Shown: positions 51,051 to 63,665 of the stretch, piece after piece
How the letters are laid out: each line of letters begins with the position of its first letter
Position numbering within the stretch: position 1 is the first letter of the stretch
From: Octopus vulgaris
Lineage: Eukaryota
DNA length: 64,000 nt
Reading direction: 5' to 3'
Assembly: GCA_951406725.2 (NCBI GenBank)
Contig: OX597825.1
Span: 26,908,001-26,972,000 of the forward strand
Program-made: the position numbers and the translations under genes
The notes under the pieces: generated by a model
What the model was told of the DNA's origin: nothing
The model's input: only the letters and a program-made list of their open reading frames with translations
The model's database searches: none

Positions 51051-51233
51051 TCAGAACTTAACTGCAGCTCGTGGTGGTCCAAATTGGATATACAATCTAT
51101 GTGTGTGTCTTTTTAAAACATTGTATGGTTTAAAAAGCCATAGCAGATGCTATGACAGCTCTAAGTTGTAGGTACAGGAGGTGGTGAAATTCTGCATAAG
51201 GGGTAGACAGCCACCATGTATGTAGATACACCT

Positions 51234-51294
<61 letters not shown>

Positions 51295-52222
51295 GCTAGA
51301 TACATATTACACAAGTGTATGTATAGATATGTACATGTACACATTACATATGTTATACATGAGTATATAAATACGTGTTCACATGTATACACACATAACA
51401 TCCCGACACACCCACGTGCGCACAGACACGTACACTTATATATACAATTAAAAAAACAATACTTAAAATAATGTCGTCGATTCTTATTATCCTTGCGCTC
51501 AAGCGACTTTTCAAAATGCTGTCGAATAATTGTCTTCAAGTTTACATTTCAATAAGAAGTGACACGTTTAATGTATAAATGTCAAATTATCGTGAATTTA
51601 ATATTTTCTAGCTTTAACATTTAGATTATTTTTAAATATCTGCATATTGATGCTTCGTCTAGTATTTAATGCATGTTAATTCAATAGCATTCAAATATCA
51701 AATGTTCATAAGAAAATCATGTGTAACCGTTTAAACTTTGCAGGAAAATATTGCTGATGACACATTGTGACTGAAGATAATGACGCTTACGTTCTTATCA
51801 ATCCTTATCAATACTACATTATACTTGTGGGGCAGTAATTCTGTTATCACTTTCGTTTTTCAGTCATATCTGTAAATGTTCGTTTAAATTTCATTAATTA
51901 CCTAAGATAATGCTGAGACTGGAATGAGTGAAAGTGTTGTTTTTCGCATCAGGATACGATTCAATTATTAACACGTTTTAATATATAAGATTCTTCCCTC
52001 TCCCCCTTCTTTTTCTTCATAACATTTGTTAATTAAAGCTAATGATATATTACAAGTCTAATTTGAATTAATAGTTAAAGATTCCTTCATATTTGATTAA
52101 CGAGACAATGTGATTTTACTTATTTTGTGAAATGATTTATGATACAAATTTTATGATATTTAGTTGAAACAATGTGCAACTTTCACCTTTAATAACTCGT
52201 TTATATTCAACTTGAAAATATT

Positions 52223-52781
52223 CTGTTCATCATTAATAAAGATAAATGAACGCTGGTGACTAATTTTATTCCAAAGTATTGTAGTAAAGGTTAAATAAAG
52301 AGAGTCTTTAATTGACGTGACATGGCGAATAACCATAAGCCAGTCAACGACCCAATGAGAGGGCGCCTTACAGTCCCTGCCTGTCAGAAATAGAAACTAA
52401 TACCATAAAATCACTTATTTTCTGTATTGATGTATATACAAAAATTAATGACACTAAAGGTCAGAAAGTCTTTCAATATAGGTCTGAGTATGTAGCACTC
52501 AAATGAGAACAACAACAACAACAACATGAATAAATCTACGAAAATGAATTTAACCAAGACTAAAACTGGCTTATAGAGTTAAAGCATGAATTTGTTCCTT
52601 CAGGTTTCTATTGCGAAATAAAAACTTTTTTTCTCATCTAACACCAATGTTCTTGAAACTACGAACTCTGTGCATTATTAATAATGATAAATGAATGCTG
52701 GTGTAGTAAGTAGCTAATTCTATTCGAAGTTATTATGGTAAAGGTTCATTACAGTCTTTAATTCAGATGACACAGTGAATA
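52223..52781 (+). repeat. Diverged ~110-bp direct repeat (52223-52331 / 52668-52781)
   Basis: CATTAATAAAGATAAATGAACGCTGGTG...GTAAAGGTT...AGTCTTTAATT versus TATTAATAATGATAAATGAATGCTGGTG...GTAAAGGTT...AGTCTTTAATT. Confidence 0.8.
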
Positions 52782-53070
52782 CGAATTAAGTGTTCTATTT
52801 TGTGTCCACATAAATACAATAAATAAATGAGAATGGAAACTGCGTATATATATCCAGCTAGCGGAAATCTCCTAAGTGGTACGCAACAATAAGTAAGAGG
52901 CTAAAGACAATGAATAATTGTGTTTAAAAAGAAGAGCAAATACGACAGTTACTAGAGATATTGTCAGTGTAAAAGATTAGATAAAAATTCTTGCGCTGAT
53001 TTTCTTAACTTTTTCATTAATTACTTAGCAATTTCCTATGAATGATTTTTAATATGAAAGAATTTTGAAG

Positions 53071-53595
53071 GGCAGCGATCTGGCAGAATCATTAGCGCGC
53101 CAGTAACAAGGCTTAGAAGCATTTCTTCCATTTTTACTTTCTAAGTTCAAATTCTGTTGATGTTGATTTTGCCTTTCCTCTCGGTGTCGATAAAATGAGT
53201 ATCAGTTAAGCACATAGATTGAAGTCATCGACTTACCCCTCCTGTGGTGACACATGACCTAGTGGTTAGAGCAGTAGACTCGCGGTCGAGGTATCACGGG
53301 TTCCAATCTCAGACCGAGCAATGTGTGTGTTTATGAGCGAAACACCTAACCTCCACGCAGCTCCGGCAGAAGGTAATGGCGAACTTCTGCTGATTCTTTC
53401 GCCACAACTTTCTCTCACTCTTTCCTCCTGCATCCTGCAGCTCACCTGCGACAGACCGGTGTCCCGACCTGGTGGGGAACCTATACGCCAAGGAAACCTG
53501 GAAATCGGACCTATGGGCCAGGCATGGCTCGAGAAGGAAGGAACTTAGTCCTCCTCCAAAATTGTTGGCCTTGTGCTAAAATTTGAAACTAGTAC
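53071..53595 (+). mobile_element. SINE family C interrupted by a family B SINE
   Basis: 53071-53243 and 53556-53595 join into one copy collinear with 55184-55399. Confidence 0.8.
53244..53543 (+). mobile_element. tRNA-derived SINE family B with imperfect 12-bp TSD
   Basis: A-box-like TGACCTAGTGG and B-box-like GGTTCCAATC; flanked by CTTACCCCTCCT (53232-53243) and CTTAGTCCTCCT (53544-53555); homologous to 59145-59458. Confidence 0.9.
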
Positions 53596-54427
53596 AATTT
53601 TTGAATTTTTTATAGAATGCCTCGAGTTAATTTTACCTAAACTTTTGTACATGACATGCATCACAAATCTGATCATTCCATTGTATTATTTACGAATCAA
53701 GAAAAATATCTTAAACGACATCATACATGACGAAATTGGTACAAATGTAAAATTGATTTTTATGGCAGAGTGTTTCCGTCGATGATACATATTCTGTCCT
53801 TTTCTGGAAACAATAATATTTATACCTATAAGATTCGTGTCGAGAATGATTTGACAAACATTTGTTGCTACGCGTCCCCTGCCTACCTTAATGTATTTCG
53901 CAGATAGCTCCAAATATTCAGTGATTTTTACGTGCATTATTTCTTTGAGTATATTGTTATGTTAGCAAAAGAACAGAAATACAAAGTAATTCTCTGCAGA
54001 TATATGCCATGTCAAGAGAACTCGAATATCGCACACGAATATATATACATATGTATATGTGTGTGCGTGTGTGTGTGCGTGTGTGTGTGCGTGTGTGCAC
54101 ATGTGTGTGTGTGTATCAACTCTTGCTAATATTGCAAAACCTACATGCTGATGTAATACGCAGTTTTCTATGGTAGGCAGGTTTTACCAATTACAATAAA
54201 AATAAGATGAAAATGAATATAAGGATATATTTGTTGATGACAGCAAACTCGTTTCGTTTGCATAATGTGTGTATATATAAATATATGTGTGTGTGTATGT
54301 GTGTGTATTTATAAATATATATATATAGTGCATATATATATATATATATATAATGTATGTATATATATATATATATAATACATATGTATATAATGTATAT
54401 ATAAATATAAGGCATATGTATATAATA

Positions 54428-54471
<44 letters not shown>

Positions 54472-55183
54472 TGGGTTTGTACACTTGTACATATATACAT
54501 TTTCATAGGGGGAGAAGAAGTATATAAATGCACAAACCGACAGAGAGATAGAGGGAAAAGAAGAATAAAGAAAATAATTTTACGCATGTGATATTTCCCA
54601 TTGGTATAAAAAAAAAACATTTATTTGTCATAACAAATGAATATTTATATGTTCTACGCTGCAAATGAAATCAAACAATACCAACAATCTGTTTGAAGAC
54701 TTTCAGCAACGTGTCAACTTTCATTATTTCAATAAAACAACAATCATGGCGAAATCCTATGTAATATCTTTCAATCAGAAAGGAACGTTGTGGGGATGTC
54801 TCTCTCGAATCATTCCGAGACTGTTGAGTGATAGATTGTAATCTAACCTTAGGTGATGGATTATTTCTACTACCCGAGGATATTTTCACAGGATTTGAAC
54901 TCAGAACACAAGTATCCGGAACAGCATAGCCCACCATTTCCTTGTACCTTTTCCATTGTTTTATATTTCTAACACTTCATCGAAGAAGATGCGAATTTTT
55001 TCGACTACCTAAGAATATTATTGAAAGGTGGACCCTGAGAATTAGAGTGAAGAGATTCAGAAAAATACCAAAAGGCATTCTACGTGTTTCTCACCTTATT
55101 TTGCCAAATCGTGAGTTTTCATTGTTTAATCTAGTTGAATGGTTATAGATCAGCTTCATCTTGAAATAAAAGCTGCATAAAAT

Positions 55184-55399
55184 AAGGCGGTGAGCTGGCA
55201 GGATCGTTTCCACGCCGGGCAAAATGCTTAGCTTTATTTCGTCTATTGTTACATTCTGAGTTCAAAGTTCACCGAGATCGGCTTTCTTTTCATTCCATTC
55301 GGGATCATATAAGCATCAGTTGGAAACTGGAGTGGATATAATGGGCTTATACCCTCCCCGAATCTGTTGGCCCTCTGCTAAAATTTGAAAGTAATATTT
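55184..55399 (+). mobile_element. SINE family C, full-length, with a perfect 11-bp TSD
   Basis: Head GGCGGTGAGCTGGCAGGATCG, B-box-like GAGTTCAAA; CTGCATAAAAT at 55173-55183 and 55400-55410. Confidence 0.9.
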
Positions 55400-56724
55400 C
55401 TGCATAAAATCCTATATATTGTCGGGTGATATTTTCGAACTGTTCTCTTCAAGTGATATTTTAACACTAATTTAGCTTTATTTGATAATGCAGATGTTCC
55501 ATACGTTATGTTACTATGAATAATTTTTATTCCTCCTGGCAAAAGGATATTTTGTTACGCATTCATATATCAAGAGTCTGATCTCTCATATATGTTCTAA
55601 GTCACCACCTTATTAGGGAGGGTTACAATTGTTTTCTTTTTCTACTGGTAAAATTTCACTGGCACTCGATTTAAATTTTACTGGCACTAGGTTTGAATTT
55701 CACTTTTAATTTCGAAGCTAGGCCGTATCTGCTAAGCTAAATTTCAAGTTCTTTCCGTCAACATTCCTGCTCTAGAGCTGGTATCCATTATTTTGATTAT
55801 AGTTATAATTGGAAGACTTCATTGGAAGTAACATTATATAAATATGAAAGTGGACTAGCAATCATTTACGCAATAAATGCCGTTTTCCATATTCCATATT
55901 TATACCAAATCGTACATATAATTTATCAGTGATGCTCCACTAAGTGAATCAAAGCAATGGACATGTATTTAGATCGGTAATATTGCATTTGGCTGCATGA
56001 TAATATATCATCCCAGTAATTTTTCAGAATTGATTTCAATCAAAAATATTGCTAGTATCAAGGGAAACCTTCAATTGTAATATTTCGTTTTTGGATTTGG
56101 TTTGCAAGATTCTGTATATGAGTTCGTGTGTTGAAGCATATTCTGTTGTGTCTGGGGAGAGACATTTTCTTTTTGTGCTTTATAATTTACACTTATCTCT
56201 TATTTCTATTTTCTTAAAATATTCCTTGCGTCTTGCAATCTTTTCAATAGTCTTGGCTCTCCAAACATCCATTTATACTAAACAATTCTGGGTTAGATTT
56301 CAGGTTCCTTTTTAATACACTGCGATATTCTACAAACTATGTGAAATTAATTCGCCCCTGCATAATTATTTATCATGTTCTCTTGTATTAAATGTTACAA
56401 CTAATTTAATTATTGTCTTCATCTAAAAAATTGTGTTACTATACATCAGCCAGTGTACAATATTCTGCATTTGTTTAATGATTCGTGGATTAATATCTCG
56501 GAAGTTGCAATGCAGTTAGCTAATGTATTCATAAGAATATAAAAAATATAGATGGGATTATCTCGTGTATTGCGATTATCTATATTATAATACTCATCGA
56601 GTAATATCGGTTAATTCTCACCACAGAAATATTTCTACCGAGTTGTTTTAATACTTCTACCTTTAAATATTTTAATACATATGAAATTTATATTTTTCTT
56701 GTCTATAGTTCCTAACTGCATATT

Positions 56725-56885
56725 TGTGCATTATTTACATTATTTACCTTGTTTACATTCGACGGATATTTGTCCTCATCTTGATTGTTGTTAACAACAA
56801 GATTTGTTAACACAATGAGATTTGTTAACAAGAAACAATATGAGGACAAATATCTCTCGAATGTAAATAATGTAAATAATGTACA
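56725..56885. repeat. ~160-bp imperfect palindrome (hairpin)
   Basis: TGTGCATTATTTACATT...ACATTCGACGGATATTTGTCCTCATCTTGATTGTTGTTAACAA pairs with TTGTTAACAAGAAACAATATGAGGACAAATATCTCTCGAATGTAAATAATGTAAATAATGTACA. Confidence 0.85.
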
Positions 56886-57990
56886 TAATTCTTCATTTCT
56901 TAAATATAGAACTGCATGCTTGTAGCTGTCACCATCTCCTTTATGAATTACATGAAAATCTCAAAGCATATTGCTACTCTTATAATAATAAGCGGCGAAG
57001 ACGTCCGTAGATAATTTTCTCATACGTAATGTTATATGTAGTAAAAGAAAAAAAAAGACATGTTACTTCCATGAAATACGCTGGGAGTGATCTATAGCCG
57101 AATTTGATCTTCTAAACTGGTGGTGACATTCACTGCAACAGAGATTTCAATAGATACAGCTTTGTTAATCTGAAACATATTACTAACTTTTGGAACCGAG
57201 TGATAAGGGGATTCACTTTTGTGAAATAGAGGACTCAATGAAAAATCTGTTTGATGAATGACGCAACAGATTCCTTTCATGGAAATTGAAGCCTCCATGT
57301 AACGATATAGAAATATTAAACGTATGGAAATAAGTGCATGATGAAACACAGGCGCTTTCATGGGGGAGACAGTGCAGTTAAATCTCTTTTGCTCCAAACC
57401 GAACAAAATAAATAAAACAGCATGAATTGCAGTATCTACCCCGAGGTACACTGTCAGCTGTACTAAATTTTAATGTAATTTTCGCATTTGTTCTGTTCGG
57501 TATGGGGGAGTATGTGTGGCTAAACAAAATCAAAGAACGTGGCAAGTCTCTCCTATTAACATACAGTTGTAGCTTCATTTCACATAATTGTTTTGTACTG
57601 TTGTGTAGCCTGCGACTGCATACTCATCTGGTAAAGTTATCTATACAGTCTCGAATATCACATCATTTGTAAAAGTGTGTACAGATACATTTTTGTAATA
57701 TGTTATTTCATAAATTAATACAACAGATTGTACTATGAGTGAGTTCTGGTTGCTAATTCATGCTAGTCAGGCAAACCATAAATTTATGTAATCTCATAGT
57801 ATATCAAAATATATAGTATAAACCTTTTATTTCTCGCTTTCTTTTGTATAAATTCGAGTTCTCCCATCAAATAAATTATTCAACCGGCGGTGACTGACGA
57901 GTAGCATCTATCTTACGTTAACGTCCATAGAATATTTGTGTATAGAAATATAATGATAGCTTTCTCATTTGGACTCCGAAGTAAAGACGC

Positions 57991-58460
57991 TTCTGTCAGC
58001 TCGCCGCCTTAAGGACAGTAGTAATAATCATACTGTAGGCACAAAGCCTGAAAATTTGGGGGTGGTGCCTAGTCGGTTGCATTGACCCCAGTGTTTCACT
58101 GATACTTAATTTATCGACGCCGAAAGGATGAATGGCAAAGTGTACCTTAGAACGTAGCGACGGGTGAAATACCGCTAAGAATCTCGTCCAGCGTGCTAAG
58201 GATTCTGCCAGCTCGCCACCTTAAGGGCAGTAGTAATAATCATTTCCAATGGAAGCACAAGGCCTCAAATTTAGGGGAAGAGATTAAGTCGTATACATCG
58301 ACTCCAATGCGTAACTGATACTTATTTAATGGCCCCCAAAAGCACAGTCGAGCCCGGAGGAATTTGAACTCACAATGTGAAGACGGACGAAATACCGCAA
58401 ACCATTCTGCCCGGCGTGCTAACGATTCTACCAGCTGGTTGACCTAATTTCAGTAGCAAT
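57991..58460 (-). mobile_element. Head-to-tail array of SINE family C (two units plus a head remnant)
   Basis: Units at ~58032-58220 and ~58244-58444; linker TTAAGG(A/G)CAGTAGTAATAATCAT is repeated. Confidence 0.85.
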
Positions 58461-59144
58461 AATAAAAATAAATACGAAGCTGTCATACTCAACACCAAAC
58501 GAGGGGTAAACAAGGAGGATAATTGACAGGATCAGTTCTAGTCAATTTTCATGTTCTTTTTCTTTTTATATTCCAGAATTTATTCTGGCATTGTGTATTT
58601 CCGCAAATTTATTTTTTGTTGGTCATTTTATTTATTTTTATCTGTTCTATTAGGCCCTTCTTCTAACGATCAATTCTGTTACAAATACGTGTAAATGTGC
58701 CCACATATATAGGTTATCTTAAAACAGTTTCATTAAGAATTAAAACTGAATAATGACCACATAAATCATCTTGGCTATCTTACGCTAACAGTATTGGTCA
58801 CTATTTAAAATTTATTATCTTTCGATAATAAACTCAGATAAAAGCTATCAAATCTAGTGTCATATTTCATTGTGGCATATTTCGATTGTTTTGTATCGTT
58901 TTCTATTAATATAATCGTTCTAGATTTTGTTTCTTGTATTGTTGTTGATGTATTTAATTCTTCATTCTTGCCTTGTTGGTGTTGTGATTGCTGTGGTTCG
59001 TGATGTCTATATCCTTTTCCCTATCATTCTGAGTTTTACTGTTTCCGTTTTCGACTTCTCCAAATAATGATACTGCCCCCCACCAAAAGCAGCTGTCTTT
59101 CCCCATCTTTCTACTTTTACACATACTACCCCAAATATTAATAT

Positions 59145-59458
59145 GGTGGAGGTACATGGCCTAGTGGTTGGAGCAGCGGGCTAGCAGTTGAGGTATCGCA
59201 GGTTCGAATCTCAGCCCGGGTGATGTGTGTGTTTATGAGCGAAACACCTAAGCTCCACGCAGCTCCGGCAGAAGGTAATGGCGAACTTCTGCTGACTCTT
59301 TTGCCACAACTTTCTCTTATTCTTTCTCCCTGCATGTTACAGCTCACCTGCGACAGACCGGCGTCCCGTCCAGGTAGGGAACCTATACGCTAAGAATACC
59401 GGGAAACCGGCCCCTTATGAACCAGGCGTGGCTCGAGAATGAACAAAAAAGAAAAAAA
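59145..59458 (+). mobile_element. SINE family B with 8-bp TSD and A-rich tail
   Basis: TGGCCTAGTGG A box and GGTTCGAATC B box; ATTAATAT at 59137-59144 and 59459-59466. Confidence 0.9.
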
Positions 59459-59466
59459 ATTAATAT

Positions 59467-59865
59467 CGATTTCAGGTTTTCGTTCAAGGACAGCAAGTTC
59501 GCAGGAGGGGATCAGTCGATTTCGTCGACTCCAGTACTCTACTGTTACTTAGTTTCTCGACCCCAAAAGAATGAACGGCAAAGTCAATAACTACAGAATT
59601 TGAACGCGCCACCTTCCCGCAAATATAAATATTGGCTTCAAATTTTGGCACGAAACCACGGATATACTGATATTCCTTTCTACTATAGGCATAGGACTGA
59701 AATTTCGGGGGAGGGGGTAAATTGATTACATCTACCCCAGTGCTTATATTGTGTGATCAGGAAAGGATAAAATATAAACTCACCCTCAGTGGAATTGGTA
59801 CTCAAAATATAAAGGCGATATGCAATTTATCTGGCGCGGTAACGATTATACCAGCGCGCAACCTT
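59467..59865 (-). mobile_element. Cluster of diverged SINE family C fragments
   Basis: CGACCCCAAAAGAATGAACGGCAAAGTC...AATTTGAAC (59558-59605) and TCTACTATAGGCATAGGACTGAAATTT...GAAAGGAT...GGAATTGGTACTCA (59678-59805). Confidence 0.7.
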
Positions 59866-61224
59866 CTCATTTCGCAGTTCAGATTTGCCTGTCACCATTC
59901 CATGTAAGGTTATATGCTCAATTGGAGTCAAGTTCTGAATTCAAGCTAGTCTTTTGTATATCTATTGTCAATGATTGGCAGTGGCACGCTTAGATGTCCT
60001 AAATATCCAAAATTATAAAAATGTGGGTCCATAGAAACGAAAACTCTATATCTTGAAGATGAGGTGATAATGAAAATAGAATGCAAGACATGCTGTTAAC
60101 CAGCGCAGTAGTCAAGATACGACTCAGAAGTCCTCGAAGGTGATGAGAGGACGACTTAGTTGAAATACTCTAACACGAATGGAAGTGTGACATGTACATT
60201 CAATGGATGAATGACTGCCTATATAGAAGAGCATCTGATAGTTTGGTAAATTATGAGACAGAACAATGATTCATTAAAACGTGCAGGAGCAGTCGTCGTC
60301 TGAAATGTTAGGGCACCTCTAAATTTTCTGCGTGCTCTTTTCAAGTTTATTTGTATTAGTTTTCAATCTGATTCAACTTAGCTTGCCAACAGATTGTCCA
60401 CGCTAGAATACGTGTCTTCTCTGCAATGAAATCGATTCGATTGATTCAAATGCTGAAGTGTAACGTGCTGGTCTTTTATAAATGTAATAAATCAATATCT
60501 GTATTTTTCTTACCATAATGTTTAGCCTGAAATATGATTAGTTTATCATGCTACAAGGAATTAGACGTTACATTTGCGTGACTGTTAATTTAAATTGACA
60601 ATGTAAATTACAAAATTATCACTACCACAACACGTTTGTTATCTTATCTTTTCAAACTCTGTAAATTCAGATTTAATGGTAAGAGAATATGAGTTCTGAT
60701 GAAATTTCTAAACTGGAAAGTACTTTAGTATTGACGGTAACACACCAAAACATGACAAAAATAATTATTTAGTAAATACGAAACGAGCAATAATCAGTAC
60801 GTAATGAGCTGCTCAATTCTAAACAATTCTAATTCACAGTGAAATACCGAGATCAGATATGACATAACAGAATTACTTGGGGAAATGTAATATCAATATA
60901 CGTTATATGAAATCATATTAAAGAGGGAATCCTGAAGTATCATTAGGAAATTGAAGATTCGTACAGGAAATAAACACAAGATGCATTTCCGTCTTCTAGT
61001 TAAGCTGTAAATGGAAACAGTGGCTAAACCAACAGGCAGCTGTTCTTAAAAGTGGAACATAAGAACAATATTTATTGCGAAACAGATTAATCTTTAAACG
61101 ACAGAATGATAAAATTTAGTGACAAAAAAAGTAAGATACATAAAAGAATTAACAGGTAAAGTAGACTTTAACAAAGGAAACTTTGGCAAAATTCGCTGAG
61201 ATTTTACATGAGTGACCGAGACGT

Positions 61225-61500
61225 TTATAAGAAGTGGCGTCTCTTATATTCCTTCTTGCCTAGTGGTGTACATTTGCTGGTAATATGCCCTTCGGTTTCA
61301 TCGTTTTTTCCACAGATTCTGCACTTATCATTTTTTGATGTGTTGTCTATTCTGTATTTGATGTAGTTTGTTCTTAGCACTTGCTCTTGGGAAGCAAAGA
61401 TTAGAGCCTCCGTTTCTGGTTTCAAATCACTCTGATTCATCCAGGTTCCCCGTTCTAATTCACGCAGACTGAAGTTACCGTGGAGTTGCTTAGTTTACTT
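61225..61500 (-). mobile_element. R4/Dong-like LINE zinc-knuckle fragment (second subfamily)
   Basis: ORF LKPETEALIFASQEQVLRTNY...DKCRICGKNDETEGHITSKC..L...EYKRRH (CCHC), preceded by KQLHG. Confidence 0.88.
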
Positions 61501-62930
61501 CCCAGCTCCCTCCCATTCCCAACGCACCAAGTACTACCAGTAATACTGTAATATTAAGCTTCCACATTTTTGTGATTTCAATTTTCAGATCTTTAAAGTG
61601 AGAAAGCTTTTCGTATTCCTTCCATGAGACAGTTTGATTTTGTGGGAGGGGCATATCTATTAACAGAGAAGTCCCTGTTGTAGGTCTTGATTACAATGAC
61701 TGGTCAATGGGAGTCGCTCTCTCTGTTTGTGTTGGGAAGTTCCAAAGGATGGTGACGCCCTCGGCATTTAGTACATCCCCTGGATGGTGTCTGTACGACT
61801 TACCGTGGACTTAATGTTGGAGCATTTACAAGCATTCCAGTGGATGTACAGCCCTGACATGTCTTATGAGGCACTCCTTTTCAGCGAGGACTGGGCAGCT
61901 AGAAAACCATGATCAATTGTCCCTGTGAATTTTCTGCTTGAATAGCAAAACCTTCTGTTTCCTCCTTTCAGACCAATCCCTTGTAGCCATTGGTGTGATA
62001 GGTTTTGATCGATATCTAGCTTGGACAGGCAGTTTGGATATTTTCCATGCAGGAGTTTACCTTCCCGGTTGTCTTCGATATTATTCATGCAAGCCTTCTT
62101 TGGTTTTTGTTTGATGTTTTTGCTTCAAATGATACGTTTGTCACTATTTCGATCACTTTGGTCTTTCTGCTTGTTAATTTCTAAATCAGGATAAGCAATG
62201 GTAGGTCTGTCAGTATTTGGTTGTCTTTGGTCATTCTTTTGCTATCTTGTTGGCCAAGAGACTCCTTTAAATTCATAGTCAAGCTTCATGGCTGAAACTT
62301 GCATGGAAATGTCATGCTTCAGTGCAGTTCGGAAGAACAAATCAATTGTATTAAGGTACGTTTCAAGGCCTATTTGAACCTGTTTGATCAATATCAGACC
62401 TCTTCCACCTACTTTTCTTGGGATATAAGTCCTGTTTACATCTGATTTTGGATATGTGCATGGGGTATCTTGTAAGGGTTTTACGGATCTTTCCATCCAT
62501 ATTCTGCGTGTCAGTGAGACTCCACTTAATGATACAGGCATAGCCAAAGAATTGATCGCATTGATTCTGTTAGCAGTATTTAATTTTGGGTTTAGGACTA
62601 TTCTTACCTTTTGGTGGCATTCCTTGCGGATTTTCTCTTTCATTTTAGATAGCTGGATACCATCACATTCATTGGTTTGGATACCATTACATTTTATGCT
62701 TTCGATTAGTCTAGGTTTCGAATAGCTGTGGTAGTATATTCTATGCTTTCTGCCTTTATGAACATCCCTACCTTGAAGGTAGCCTTTGCACATTTATCAC
62801 GTCGGAATTCCATACTTGTATCAGCGCCGAATTCATTGACAACATTCAAGAAATCTAATTATTTGTGGTCTTTAGCAAGCAGTTATTGTTCATCCGTATA
62901 GAATAGGTGATTACTTTGTTTCGCTCTTTC
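61501..62930 (-). mobile_element. Decayed R4/Dong-like LINE: RT C-terminal half through the RLE domain
   Basis: In order: NHLFYTDE (YMDD-like), NRINAINSLAMP, YPKSDVNRTYIPRKVGGRGL, KLLHGKY...SHQWL..IGLKG, YIHWN, ILWNFP, LSHFKDLKIEITKMW...VVLGALGM; frameshifted. Confidence 0.9.
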
Positions 62931-63519
62931 CCGTTGTCCAATACATCTCTCAATTTTCAGTTTCCCATTTTCCCTGAATCAGCCTAATATCTCCTACATT
63001 CTGTCTTTCTATTCTAAGTAACAACCGTCTTACTAAGAGTAATTATCGATATAAACTATTCACCCTCTTATAGTATATATATTTGACGCACCTTCTCTTT
63101 ATGTGGTGATAACTTGTCTCCCACAAATGTTCTTCAACCAGCTGAATCTTACAGTCTTTTCCCTACAAATCACTCTCATTTTACTGTATTCAAATATTTA
63201 AAATAAACATAGACGAAGTGTATTTTTACATTGAATTCCTAGGTGATACTAATTAAATACCGAATAAAATATTTCTATTTCAGCTGGATGAAATAAATAT
63301 CTATGTTGCAATATATAACTGAAGATGATTGCTAATTGATACGATTTCAAAGCGAGGTCTCAAAGTACAATAAGTATATTTTCATAAATTTTAAATTGCA
63401 ATTCAAATGTAAAATTAGCAAAAATTGTATATACTTTCATTAAAAAAGTTTGACAAGTAAGAGGTAATTAAGAAATTAAATGTATAATATCGATACTACG
63501 ACTATTATATTTATTACAT

Positions 63520-63665
63520 TTTATAATAATGATAATTATCATTATCATTATTATTATCATTAAAAGTATCGTAATAAATATTATAATCAACATCATCATC
63601 ATCCTCCCCCTCCTCCTCTTCATCATCATCATCGTTCTTATAAAAAAAATTAACATTATTATTAG
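63520..63665. repeat. Degenerate (ATT/ATC/CTC)n microsatellite
   Basis: Directly visible. Confidence 0.85.

Noticed and set aside
57991-58460. Repeat-spacer pattern superficially like a CRISPR array
   Set aside because: The spacers are ~190-bp homologous SINE bodies, the context is eukaryotic, and there are no cas genes.
53244-59230. tRNA-like sequences at SINE heads (53244, 59145; also 17214 and 42050)
   Set aside because: They have A/B boxes but no complete cloverleaf and continue into repeat bodies, so they are SINEs and not tRNA genes.
60070-60330. Possible plus-strand mariner N-terminal relic
   Set aside because: Too degenerate to translate into convincing motifs by eye.
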